Of a stretch of DNA of 64,000 nucleotides, positions 13,299 through 26,262 are shown piece by piece (position 1 is the first letter of the stretch; each line of letters starts with the position of its first letter). The stretch covers positions 1,488,001-1,552,000 of the forward strand of contig OX597827.1 of assembly GCA_951406725.2 (NCBI GenBank), in the 5' to 3' direction. The translations under genes were made by a program, and so were the position numbers. The notes beneath the pieces were generated by a model. That model did no database searches and was not told where the DNA came from. It worked only from the letters and a program-made list of their open reading frames with translations. Source of the DNA: Octopus vulgaris (taxonomy: Eukaryota).

Positions 13299-13432
13299 GG
13301 CACAGGTATGGACAGGTGCCGGTGTGGATAGGCACAGGTATGGACAGGTGCCGGTGTGGATAGGCACAGGTATGGACAGGTGCCGGTGTGGATAGGCACA
13401 GGTATGGACAGGTGCCGGTGTGGATAGGCACA
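13299..13432 (+). repeat. Perfect 32-bp minisatellite, about 4.2 copies
   Basis: Unit ggcacaggtatggacaggtgccggtgtggata starting at 13299, 13331, 13363 and 13395, partial at 13427. Confidence 0.95.
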
Positions 13433-13960
13433 AGGGTGCATAGTTGTAGGTGTGGTTGTGTGGTTAAGGAGCTTGATTCCCAATCATGTTGTCTTGGGTC
13501 CCATCCCATTGCATGGGGTCTTTGTGGGTGGATTTGGTGGATAGAAACTGAAAGAAGGGACAAGCTGGCAGAAACGTTAGCACTGGAGTGTGGACTGGAG
13601 TAATATGAAATGAAGTGTTTTGTTCAAGAACACAACACGTCACCTGGTCCAGGTATGGAAACCACAATCTTACAATCATGAGTCCAACACTCTAATCACT
13701 AAACCACTGCCTTCACTTCTTCTCTATTAGGCTTCTCATCTTCAGTAGTTTCTTCTACTCTATTTGGTGATAAAATCTCCTCTAATCTATCTCAAGCAAT
13801 CTGTTCTGTTGACACTGATTTGTTCTTTTTCTGATATCTGGAAAGCTTACGTACAATTGCTATGATATGTTGTTTCAGCTCGTCCATGACTGTCCCAAAA
13901 CCGAACAATTAATCAAACAAACAATTAGTTAATTGGTTAAATAGTAAACTAGTTGACTAA

Positions 13961-14351
13961 TCTCTCTATATATAAAGCTGAAGTTGTCTGTATATGGCAG
14001 GTTTGGTAGCCTTCAACTAACAGTATCTCCTCAAAGACCCTGTGACAGAAGTTGACCAAAATTGAGAGTATGATAGAAGAAGGCTTGCTTTTCCTTCCGT
14101 AAAAGAAAAAATTTACATCGGACCATGTTAACACCAAAAATTATTTACATAAAAAAGGTGCATTTTTTCTCTGAAAATCCCTATTTTTTATGATTTTTTG
14201 ATTGCTGTGTCACCATTTTTCGGTGTATTTCAACCAGAAAAATGTTCACTTAAAGAGAATAACAAGCTACATAATGCAAAATTTTTACTTTTCAAAAATT
14301 CAATTCTAAAGGGTCAAAACAAACCTGAGCAACGCCGGGCGATACTGCTAG
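13961..14351 (+). mobile_element. Non-autonomous Helitron, complete
   Basis: 5' TC start (tctctctatatataaagctgaag), subterminal hairpin cctgagc-aac-gccggg (14324-14339), 3' CTAG; inserted between A and T with no TSD. Confidence 0.85.
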
Positions 14352-14629
14352 TAATAATAAAAGCAGTAAAATAGAACCAGTATATGTGTTTATTATGGGC
14401 AGTAGGAAACATCTGAGATACAACAAATTATATGCCAACAAAAGACTTGAAGCAGACCTGACACAGGGAGGATGGGTCATTGATTAGGTTGAGAATGATG
14501 GCAAAAGGACTTTCACAAATGTAGATGATTAACATATTATCTGAATAATTAATCAAACAGTCAATTAGTTAAATGATTAACTAGTTGTTAATTAGTTGAT
14601 TAACAGTTCTTCTTAGTTGTTAACTAGAT

Positions 14630-14794
14630 GTAGGCATAGGAGTGGCTTTGTGGTAAGTAGCTTGCTTACGAACTACATGGTTCCGGGTTCAGTCCCACTG
14701 CATGGCACCTTGGGTGAGTGTCTTCTACTATAGCCTTGGGCCAGCCTTGTGAGTAGATTTGGTAGATGGAAACTGAAAGAAGCCTGTCGTATGC

Positions 14795-14834
<40 letters not shown>

Positions 14835-15032
14835 GTATGTGTGTGTGTATATGTTTGTGTGTCTGTGTTTGTCACCCCAACATCGACGAAATCGATCCCA
14901 GGACTTATTCTTTGTAAGCCTAGTACTTATTCTATCGGTCTCTTTTGCTGAACCGCTAAGTGATGGGGACATAAACACACCAGCATCGGTTGTCAAGCAA
15001 TGCTACGGGGACAAACACAGACACACAAACGT

Positions 15033-15089
<57 letters not shown>

Positions 15090-15143
15090 CTTATATATGA
15101 CAGACTTCTTTCAGTTTCCGTCTACCAAATCCACTCAAAAGGT
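14630..15143. mobile_element. SINE family B pair (plus 5' part joined to a minus-orientation copy)
   Basis: Plus head at 14630-14885, then reverse-complement body from aaatcgatcccaggac to ctaccaaatccactc. Confidence 0.8.
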
Positions 15144-15170
15144 GTTAATAATAATGATAATAATGATAAT

Positions 15171-15324
15171 AACAAGAGCACTCAGAGAGCGCAAACCTTT
15201 GCCAATGCAGCACCAACGTCCTCTCAATCATTTTTAAAATGAGAACATCTGAAATGAAATCAACTGCTCCCACAAACTAGAATATTAAAAATGAACCCAA
15301 TCGCTCTCAAACAGGAAAATAATC

Positions 15325-15355
<31 letters not shown>

Positions 15356-15930
15356 TGAGTGAGAGGTGAAGAGAGAGGAGATGAAATGCTAATACAGTGA
15401 AGGCGAGGTAGTGAGAGTAATATCCATGACTGAGAGGAAGTGAGAGAAAGTAATGACAATGAGAAAAACGAAACGAAGTGGCAAAGAGAGCATCGTATAA
15501 ATGAGAAAGGAAAGGGTGACAAATGAATAAAGAAGGAAGGCGTGAAAAAGGTGATAAACGGTGAGTATATGTGAGTATATGTGTGTGTAAAAGTGAGGTA
15601 TGTTTATGTGCATGTGTGCGTGTACAATGGAAATGGGATGGTAATGTTCAATGCTGAAAATGTGTGAGTGTATGTGTGTGTATGCACAAGAGAACTCTGT
15701 GGAACTTTACATATACATATAAAGTAAAGAAAATATATAAAATAATCCAGAATCCTTGTCCGGTACTAGATTGATCCCCAAAATCTAATGAGACTGTGCC
15801 AGTTACAAGACCAAACATCCCTGAAAGTTTCATCTGAATCCATCCAGCAATTTTTGAGATATTTTGTCCATGGACAAACAAACACAACTGAAAACAATAC
15901 TTCCACCTTCGCTTCGGTGGAGGAGGTCAT
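15171..15930 (+). mobile_element. Helentron/HINE-like non-autonomous rolling-circle element
   Basis: Starts aacaagagcactcagagagcgcaaacctttgccaa and ends ...acaaacaaacacaactgaaaacaataccttccaccttcgcttcggtggaggaggtcat, with a terminal palindrome and subterminal inverted repeat. Classification is from a recalled family architecture. Confidence 0.65.
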
Positions 15931-16108
15931 AATAATAATCCTATCTACTGGATTTTTGTGGGGAGAGGGGCAATCGATCACACCAATCCCTTAATTTATT
16001 GATCGTGAAAGGCAAAGTTGACCTTAGCAGAATTTGAACTCAGAACGTAGCAGCAGATGAAATGCAACTAAGTATTTTGCCTGATGTGCTAACAAGCTCT
16101 GCCAGCTC

Positions 16109-16192
<84 letters not shown>

Positions 16193-16407
16193 GGTTTAAA
16201 ATTTTTCCACAAGAGTAGCAATTTTGGGGGAGGGTATGAGTCGATTCTATCAACCTCCAATGTTCAACTGGTACTTATTTTATCGACCCTAAAAGGATGA
16301 AAGGTAAAGTCAATCTCGGCGAAATTTGAACTCAAAACCTAGCAGCAGACGAAATATCACCAGGCATTTCACCTCAATAATAATAATAATAAAAATAAAA
16401 ATAATAA

Positions 16408-16438
<31 letters not shown>

Positions 16439-16813
16439 AATTAAAAGCAGTGAAATAGAACCAGTGCATGTGTTTGTTATTGGCATAATGACCCTTCCAA
16501 GAAGCAGCAGAGTATTACAACCAATTCATTAAAACATAGTCTCACAGCCTATTGAATATGTCATTTTTTTGTTGTGAAGCACTGTCCATGACAAGGGATT
16601 CACATGACTGTTGAGTCAACCAATGAAACAATGATGTCTGGTGCCATCTTGAATTTGGGACCCCTATGTCTGTCTGATTGATAAAGTATTCTGAGAACTT
16701 AAAAGAAACAGCAAAAGACATCAGACATTAAATATAATCGTGCTATACAGTAAACATATTTATATCTATCTATCTATATCTATATCTATATACATATATA
16801 AATTATGTATATA

Positions 16814-16886
<73 letters not shown>

Positions 16887-16982
16887 ATATATATGAATAT
16901 ATATATGTATATATATGTATATATATATGTATATATATATATGTATATATATATATGTATATATATATGCATATTTATATGC

Positions 16983-17015
<33 letters not shown>

Positions 17016-17071
17016 TATATGTATGTATATATATATGAATATATGTATATATATGTATACATATATATCTA

Positions 17072-17162
<91 letters not shown>

Positions 17163-17929
17163 TGGGTACTTCAAAAACAAAGTGTATACATATACACATA
17201 CACATATATGTACATATATGTCTACATGTGTGTATGTATTAGCGTGTGCATGTGTTTGTATACATGCTGTGTGTGCTCACATGTGTTTTCTGTGTGTGTA
17301 TATGTATGTAAGCATGTATGTATGTAGGTATGTGTGTATATGTATGTAAGCATGTACGTTTACATTGTGTGTGTGGGAGGTGCACATGTGTATGCAGATT
17401 TGCATGCACATGTATGTGTACATGCATCCATGTGTATGTGTGTGTATATATATATACACACGTGTTCATGCTTGCATCTATAACAAACACAGAGAGTAAC
17501 ATAACAAAAATCTATTCCAACAATGCCAATAAGTAAAATAAGAATAAAAGAACAGTAAAAGAACAGTAAACCAGCAGAAGCATTTCAAGAAATGCTGTTG
17601 AGCTGAAAGAGACAGCCACATTGGTGCCATTTATTTTACAGAGAAGCTTCACCATTCTCTAAACGCTGGAAGAGTTTCCATGACTGAGTAACCAAGAATT
17701 CTTGGATAATATTGGAGCTTTTATTACAGTCGTTACTTGTCTTTCCAAGCCAATGACCTCCAGTATTACGTATGTATGTGCTTTGGAGTTATGCGTCTGT
17801 GTGTGTGTGTCTGTGTGTGTATGTGTCTGCTTATGTGTGTGTGTGTGTATGTTAACACATATACATATATCATCATGTATATGTATGTTTATATATGTAT
17901 GTGTATATGTGCAATATATATATATATAT

Positions 17930-17962
<33 letters not shown>

Positions 17963-18120
17963 TATATGCATATATATATATGTGTGTGTATATACACACA
18001 CTCATATACACATATAAACATATGCAGATGCAAACACATGCCTCCCCCACACACAGATACACAGACACAAATACACACACACATCTACATAGATACATAC
18101 AGATATACACATATGTGTGT

Positions 18121-18158
<38 letters not shown>

Positions 18159-18440
18159 GTATATTAATATATATATATATTATGTGAGTGGAGACAAATG
18201 AATGTAGATTTGGGTATTGACATGTATTAAAACATAAAATGTTTAAGTACGTATATATGTATACACACATCTGTACATGTGTATATATGTACATGCTCTC
18301 ATGCATACATCTCTCTCTTTCTGTCTCTCCCTCACACTCTCTCTATATATATATATATCTATCTACCAAACAGTCTACCTCCCTCCCTCCTTCCCTCCCT
18401 AACTGTCTGACTGTCTGTCTGTCCACCTGTCTGTCTGTCC

Positions 18441-18471
<31 letters not shown>

Positions 18472-18936
18472 AGTCTCTGTCTGTCTCTCCCTCCCTCTTT
18501 CTCTGTCTATCTACGTTGTTTGCTAGATACACTCACACACACATAGTTTTTTATTCTCTTAACCATACACACACACACACACATATATAAGCATATATTA
18601 TATGTGTGTGCGTGTGCATGTATGTGAAAAAATACATATGTATTAACGTATATCATGCATGTATACGTATGTTGCAGCAAATCTGCTTTGCCTTGCATCT
18701 GCTTGTACAGCACACATCAGTGCATGTGTGCATATGTATCACTCTTAATGTGCATTGGTGCTGGCTATGCCGAGTTTCTCATCAAGATTTCTCAGATATC
18801 AAGGGTATATATATGCAAATTTGCAGAGCTGCCATGAAAACAACATGAACAAGAACAAGAACAACAACAACGACAACAACAACAACGATAATAACAACCA
18901 CAAAAAACGTAAAATATATATGTATATATATATATG

Positions 18937-18972
<36 letters not shown>

Positions 18973-20168
18973 CATACATACATATACATATATATACATA
19001 TGTATGTATGTATGTATGTATATATGTATGTGTATATATATATATAAATCACTAACTAACACAAAATCTATGAGATCCTAGCGATAAACTAAGAGAGGAA
19101 CTAATAAATAACAGAGAATCTCCAATGCATTCATTATTTAAGACAAGATGTATGTGAAAGGTGATAGGAATAATTTTGCCAGTGTGTGTAGTTGCACGAA
19201 TAGGTGTGTGTGTGTGTAATTGTGTATGTGTGTATGTGTGACTGAGTACATCTCTCTCTATATATATATATATATGTATGTATGTATGTATGTATATATA
19301 TATATTTACATGTAAAAGTTTTATACACACACACACACACAAACATACATGTGTGTGTATATATATATATGCATGTATGTGTGTATATAGGACTGAATAT
19401 CATCAGTTAATTACAAAAGCATTCATTTATTTTAAACACACAAATCACAACAAAAACAGATATCTTTAGGTTTGTCGATGTGTGTGTGTATATATATGTG
19501 TGTGTGTGTGAGTATATATACATACACACACACATACACACACATATATATATATATATATACACACACACATGTATATAAACACACACTCACATTCATG
19601 AAGATGTTAACATGTCATGTGAATTTTGCTGAGGCCAATTTTACATTAAATTTTCGAGAAAGAGACTTTGTTTTGGTTCCACAGAGTTTAAACACTTTTA
19701 TCCTCTTCAATATGCTACGTGTATCAGTTGGCATCAGAATGTTTTTGAAGTTACAGATGTGTGAGAGAACTTCAAATGTGTTTTGAAGAAGCATTGATTA
19801 GTATTCATTCTCTCGACCACCAAATAATTCATGGCATATCAATACAAGTGTGCTGTCATCAAATTTGTTTCCTCATATCTTTCACAAAAATTGCTATTTT
19901 TAAAAAAAATTAAATTTGCTCCAAATACAATTGAAATGAAGATTTCAATTATGTTGTTATTTGTTGTCAAAAACCATTTTTGAAATCGAGGAGAGGAGTT
20001 TTGGATAATTCACACAAATTGACTTTGTTTCCTCATAACTTTCAGAAAAATGGGTATTTTTTTGAATGAGATTTTCCCCACACTGACTGGGGGAATTCCA
20101 AGCATTAACAAAACACAATAAAGTGCATAATATACAATTTAATTATTACATATGTAATACATACATAC

Positions 20169-20234
<66 letters not shown>

Positions 20235-20239
20235 TTTGT

Positions 20240-20775
20240 ATTCTTTTACTTGTTTCAGTCATTAGAGAGCAGCCATGCTGGAGAACCATCTTGAAGGGTG
20301 TTTAGTCAAACAAATCGATCGCAGTACTTACATTTTAATCCTGGCACTTATTCTATCAGTCTATTTTGCTGAACTGCTAAGTTACAGGGATGTAACAAAC
20401 CAACGCCAGGTGTCAAGTAGTAGTGGGGGACAAACACAGGTATAAAGATATAAAGTGACTGTGTGGTAAGTAGCTTGCTTACCAACCACATGGTTCTGGG
20501 TTCAGTCCTACTGCGTGGCACCTTGGGCAAGTGTCTTCTACTATAGCAGTCGCCCATGCATACCAGCTTCCCAGTTTTATCCAAGGGAAAGGCAAAGGGG
20601 CCGATACAGCTTGGCACCTGTGACGTCGCAACTCATTTCTACAGCTGAGTGAACTGGAACAACAGGAAATATAGTGTCTTGCTCAAGAACACAACATGCA
20701 GCCCAGTCCAGGATTGAAACTCACAACCTCACGATCGTAAGCTCAGTACTCTAACCGCTGAGCCATGCACCTGCA
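20240..20775. mobile_element. Nested SINEs: B tail (-), B head (+), family C (-)
   Basis: Recognisable modules in succession; 20548-20775 is the reverse complement of the first part of the 36268-36600 element. Confidence 0.75.
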
Positions 20776-21155
20776 CTATATATAATACATAGATAATGGG
20801 AAAACACACTGCAGACTGTGATACTCAATAAAATAGAAATAAAATCTTAAAATTTATTCTTTCTGTGTGGCTTGATCCCAAATGATCCACAGTCTGGAAC
20901 TGGTCTTCAACCCAGTGCTTGAGGGCCCCTGTTCAAGCTCACAACAGATTTATGATCACAACTACTAAAACTAAACTACTTGGTAGCTAAACTTTGTTAA
21001 TCTTTCTGCTTCAGTAGTGAAATATTGACAAAATGGGGAAAAGAAAAATTTGCTCATGCTGAGTTTCTGTACATCTACGACAAAGTAGAACTGACAGTGA
21101 TTTTAAATTCTGGCACCGTGAGCAGACAAACTCTGTGTGTGTGTGTGTGTGGTAA

Positions 21156-21536
21156 AGGTGGCGAGCTGGCAGAATTGTTAGCACGCCGGGCGAAATGCTT
21201 AGCTGTATTTCGTCTGCCGTTACGCTCTAAGTTCAAATTCCACCGAGGTCGACTTTGCCTTTCATCCTTTCGGGGTCGATAAATTAAGTACCAGTTATGC
21301 ACTGGAGTCGATTTCTTTACTACCCACAAGGGGCTAAACACAAAGGGGACAAACAAGGACAGACAAAGGGATTAAGTCGATTACATCGACCCCAGTACGT
21401 AACTGGTACTTAATTTATCGACCCCGAAAGGATGAAAGGCAAAGTCGACTTCGGCGGAATTTGAACTCAGAATATAATGGCAGACGAAATATGGCCACGC
21501 ATTTCGCCTGGTGTGCTAACGTTTCTGCCAGCTTGC
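21156..21536. mobile_element. Tail-to-tail inverted dimer of young family A SINEs
   Basis: 21156-21310 (+) and 21311-21536 (-) are near reverse complements over about 150 nt. Confidence 0.9.
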
Positions 21537-22366
21537 CAGGCAGAATACCATTTCTCTTTGAGGGTTATGTGTGTGTGTCGGTCAATGTTTCATGTAGCAA
21601 AGCAGATACAGGTGTAACCGCTTCAACCACGAAGCAGCTATTTCATTTTACTACATGTTAAGGATTTCTTCATTGTTTTTAAGCTTTTGTTCTTCTATCA
21701 AAGACATGCCACAACCATAACCAATACCAGAAAGACAGGAAGTGAAGGGGTGGAGAGTGGGGGGAGAAATAGGGGGAGGTAGCAAAGAAATTTTTAGGTA
21801 TATGTATATAGAATATGTTGTAGAAATTAAGTATGGCAATGAGTTTTAGAAACAATAAAAACGTCTAAACGTACAAGACTGGAATACTTAAAATAACCAT
21901 ACACACACAAACACACACTTGCATCAGTCTATCTATCTATCTGTCTGTCTGTCTGTCTGTTTGTTTGTCTCTTTCTCTTTACATGTGTGTGCGTGTGTGT
22001 GTGTGCATGCATGTATACACACACATGCACATACATATATATATGTGCATGCTTATACATACACACTTGGATATACCTACACACATACAAATAAATACAA
22101 ACACAAAGAGAGAGAGAGAGAGAATCTTTAGTATCAATGGTGACTGTTTAGTTTGAAGTTTCACCAATATCGGTTTTCTCAAAATAGATTGATATTGGTT
22201 TTAAGAAACAAGTATCAGCGAAAGTTTGAAGTAAATGGTCGTCACTATTGATAATTTAGTTGGATTCTACTACAGTCAGACCTGGCACCTTTCTTCAGTG
22301 CAGGTTTAGTGTGCTCAAGTACACTAAAGTACACGAGTCTATAAAACAAAGACTACAATAGATGTG

Positions 22367-22397
<31 letters not shown>

Positions 22398-22523
22398 CTG
22401 CGTGTGTGTGTGTGTGTGTGTGTCTGATAGCACAAATAGAATGAGGGATGGAAAAATGGACAACATAAGAAGTTAAAGCAGGTAAACAAATATGTGAAAA
22501 GTGATGGATAAGGTGGAAAGACA

Positions 22524-22565
<42 letters not shown>

Positions 22566-22699
22566 ATATAACGAGAAATGCTGCGCAGACAGAAAAGTAC
22601 ACAAATAGAAAAAAACGGAACCGAAATAGACTGATGTTTCAGAAGAACAGAGTAAAATGCAAAACAAAAGGAACAAGAAAAGAAAGGAGACCTATTTGA

Positions 22700-22736
<37 letters not shown>

Positions 22737-22764
22737 CATATATATAGATTATGATAATGATGTA

Positions 22765-22797
<33 letters not shown>

Positions 22798-22828
22798 GAA
22801 ATTAAAAAAGGAAAATATGCACACATGC

Positions 22829-22859
<31 letters not shown>

Positions 22860-23109
22860 AATATGTATGCACGCATGTATATGTATATGAAACATGTTTA
22901 CGGAAAATAAAGTAAGTCTCCAATGCAGAATAGATGTGTAAACAGCTTAGAAGAAAGGGTAAGTACCCTTAGATGATAGTAAAAAAAGGGACCAGCAAAC
23001 CAATATAGAGTATTGAAACCTATACCTCTCTTTTCTATCTTCTAAGTATATGTATACATTTATGCATGTATGTATGCATTTAAGAATGTATGTATGTATA
23101 TATGTATGT

Positions 23110-23641
23110 TATTATTCGGTTTTATTTCAAGATTTCTAGCCATGAGAGAAAAAGAACCAGTTTCTAACCTAGATCCAAGGCTCCCTCATTGGAATTTCAA
23201 CACCAACATGTTATTTTAGTATGCATGTATGTATATATGCGAATTAATATTTTTTGCTTTATGTATGTCTTCTCATGCATATACTTGTATATCTAGACAT
23301 GCTCATATATATTTAAATGATAAACTTTGAGAAAGTTTTACAGGTTTTTACAGTTCCAGTGATGGCTTGGATCTGTAGTTTTTGAATCCACTTTCTCCTT
23401 TCTGGTTTTGGGAAGCTTAATTTCTCAAGATTGATATTTAGGAGTGTGTTACATATCCCAGTGCCCCAATAATTACAGGTATAAGCCTGAATTTGTAATC
23501 TGGTTAAAGTAGCTGTAGATTCCTCAATAGTTTTCTTTTTCACTGATCTTTAGTTTTATGTTAACATCTGCCAGGCAGCTGATTTCCTCAATTATACACA
23601 TTTTCTCTTCTTCATCCCAGATTACTATGTCAGGTCTATTG
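23110..23641 (-). mobile_element. RLE-type non-LTR retrotransposon (R4/Dong-like), 5'-truncated 3' end
   Basis: Minus strand encodes NRPDIVIWDEEEKMCIIEEISCLADVNIKLKISEKENY, then PDYKFRLIPVIIGALG, then LEKLSF..IQKLQIQAITGTVKTCKTF*. This is the PD-(D/E)xK restriction-like endonuclease. The UTR ends AATAAAaccgaataataa. Confidence 0.85.
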
Positions 23642-23711
23642 TATGTATGTATGTATGTATGTATGTATGTATGTATGTATGTATGTATGTATGTATGTAT
23701 GTATGTATGTA

Positions 23712-23742
<31 letters not shown>

Positions 23743-23749
23743 ATGTATG

Positions 23750-23807
<58 letters not shown>

Positions 23808-23939
23808 TGTATGTATGTGTGTATGTATGTATGCATGAATGAATGTATGTATGTACATGTGTGTGTGTGTGTGTCTTTTAGTGGGATTTATGTTACGTTT
23901 CTGGAACCTAAGGTTTCATATTGACAAACATCAGCATTT

Positions 23940-24300
23940 ATTTAATCAGATTTAAAATCATAAATGATATTCGGCTATTATGTATTACAGAGCTTATTTA
24001 TACACTTTAGCCAACACTGTGTGTAGAAAGTAAAAGAGAAATCAGCAGAAATAATTTTAGTCCCATGCTGGAATCACATGAGTGAATGAGTACCTTCTTT
24101 TTTTCTGCCTTTGGAGATACTCTGCTGATGAAATCCCAATACAAGTTTGAAACAAGTCCAGCTAATCCTTTTTCTCTGCTCACAAGAAATGTTTTGTATA
24201 TAGACAGGGGGTTTACATATGTGTATGATATACGATGTCAGCTAATATCTATAGATATATTCATTTATTGAGTCCATATTAAAATAAAGACTGAACGCTC
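23940..24300 (+). mobile_element. Penelope-like element 3' end (GIY-YIG tail and pLTR with hammerhead remnant)
   Basis: 23951 onward reads FKIINDIRLLCITELIYTL*PTLCVE (compare the PLE EN terminus LxIxEAxxIxxxxPxLC), followed by ctg-CTGATGA..GAAAC-aa-GTC-cag at 24122-24161. Confidence 0.6.
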
Positions 24301-24364
24301 CAGTATTTCATAACTAAACTAGTTCTCTAAAATGTATATAAAACAGTCTGTCCAGTTTATTTAA

Positions 24365-24515
24365 CCCTTTCGTTACTGTATTTATTTTGAGATGCTCTGT
24401 GTTTCTTTCAATTATTTTAGGTGTAACAAAGAATTTAGTAAAATAACTTCATTATCATTAAGCTAGTATTAGGAACTTGTGACTAAGGTTTGGTGGAAGA
24501 TTTTAATTCAAAGGG
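24365..24515. mobile_element. piggyBac-type MITE
   Basis: TTAA-CCCTTT ... AAAGGG-TTAA; TTAA TSD at 24361-24364 and 24516-24519. Confidence 0.75.
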
Positions 24516-25319
24516 TTAAGCCCTTTGTAAGAGTGAGTTTATAAATATTATGTCTGTGGATAGCTAAGGAAAGTACTCAGTTGTTGATGAAATACTACCA
24601 AAAGACTGAAACTGGTTGACTACAGCAACAACAATGTCACCGACAAACAAGTGGAATGACAATTTGTCCCATCACAGCCATCAACACCAAACAAAAAACA
24701 AAAAAAAGATTAAAAAATGCAGAAACAAAATTACATGCACCCCACCACATGCACCCCACCACATGCACCCCACCACATGCACACACACACACATCATACA
24801 TAAAATCGAAACAGAGCAACAAAAACAGCAAAGTTAAAAGAAATTCCAGAAAAATTAAAACTCTTTGTCGTTAATATAGAAACACATCCCTTAAATGAAT
24901 GCAGCAGAGGCAGTACATCATCATCATCGTTTAACGTCTGCTTTCCATGCTAGCATGGGTTGGACGGTTCGACTGGGGACTGGGAAGCCAGGGGGCTGCA
25001 CCAGGCCCAGTCTGATTTGGCAGTGTTTCTACAGCTGGATACCTTTCCTAACGCCAACCACTCTGTGAGTGTAGTGGGTGCATTTTATGTGCCAGATGAG
25101 GCTGGCAATGGCCACGATCGGTTGGTACTTTTTACGTGCCACTGGCACGGAGGCCAGTCGAGGCCTCCAAGAAGGAAAGGGATGCATAAGTGGACTGGCT
25201 ACATCCCAGGTAGAGGCCACAGGTTACGGCCACGTTCGGATGGTTCTTTTACGTGCCACCAGCACTGGTATGATTTTTGATTGATTACATGTCTCCAAGA
25301 ATAGAAGAATAGACTATAG

Positions 25320-26223
25320 AAGACAAAGCAAATAACCATGAAAGATTCTTCAGAATAGGAAGGGAACAGTCAAGGGGACATGGGATAAGCTTCTTGTCAG
25401 GCAGGTAGTGCATGAAGACATTCAGTATTCCTCATACAAGATGAGAAAGGGGTCAGTTTTTATCCCAATCTATCATGGACAAGAAGAACGGTTGCGCTAT
25501 GAAGCTTTTGAACAAACACAAGCATCCCTTCCAACCAAACATGCTTTGGTTTTTCTCAGATGAGAAAAATTTCTGCCAGGATCAGATGGTGGACACACAG
25601 ACCAACTGTTGGCTTGTTGTGTCTCCAAAAGATGTACTGAGAGGCTGTGGTTGAAGCCAATGGCGATTTTATTGAATGAATTTACTCTTTAGTATTTCAA
25701 AATATTTTTATGTAATTTTGGTAAATATATAGGCGCAGGAGTGGCTGTGTGGTAAGTAGCTTGCTAACCAACCACATGGTTCTGGGTTCAGTCCCACTGC
25801 GTGGCATCTTGGGCAAGTGTCTTCTGCTATAGCCCCGGGCCGACCAATGCCTTGTGAGTGGATTTGGTAGACGGAAACTGAAAGAAGCCTGTCGTATATA
25901 TGTGTATATATATGTATGTGTGTTTGTTTGTGTGTCTGTGTTTGTCCCCCTAGCATTGCTTGACAACCGATGCTGGTGTGTTTATGTCCCCGTTACTTAG
26001 CGGTTCGGCAAAAGAGACCGATAGCATAAGTACTGGGCTTACAAAAAAAGAATAAGTCCCCGGGTCGAGTCGCTCGACAAAAGGCGGTGCTCCAGCATGG
26101 CCGCAGTCAAAGGACTGAAACAAGTAAAAGAGTAAAAAGAGAGTAAGAGTATATCTGTTAAAATGAGATGTCAGTGTTATTTTCATTTTTGCATAATTTA
26201 GGCAATTTATTCACCACGCCCTG
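25320..26223 (+). mobile_element. Tc1/mariner (maT/DD37D-like) transposase remnant with internal deletion, interrupted by a SINE
   Basis: LVRQVVHEDIQYSSYKMRKG..KLLNKHKHPFQPNMLWFFSDEKNFCQDQ..WLVVSPKDV fused to AVVEANGDFIE*; right end ...accacgccctg|TA. Confidence 0.75.
25731..26150 (+). mobile_element. SINE family B, young full-length copy
   Basis: aggcgcaggagtggctgtgtggtaag...gactgaaacaagtaaaagagtaaaa. Near-identical copies at 31627-32043, 44780-45210 and 59155-59568; older copies at 60085-60490 and 61350-61712. Confidence 0.9.
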
Positions 26224-26262
26224 TACACACACACACATACATACATATGTATATGTATGGAT

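Noticed and set aside
13299-13432. CRISPR-like 32-bp repeats
   Set aside because: Units are directly adjacent with no spacers; eukaryotic context; no cas genes.
19600-20100. Possible DNA transposon remnant with internal direct repeats (tttgtttcctcata.ctttca.aaaaat)
   Set aside because: No termini or TSD could be identified.
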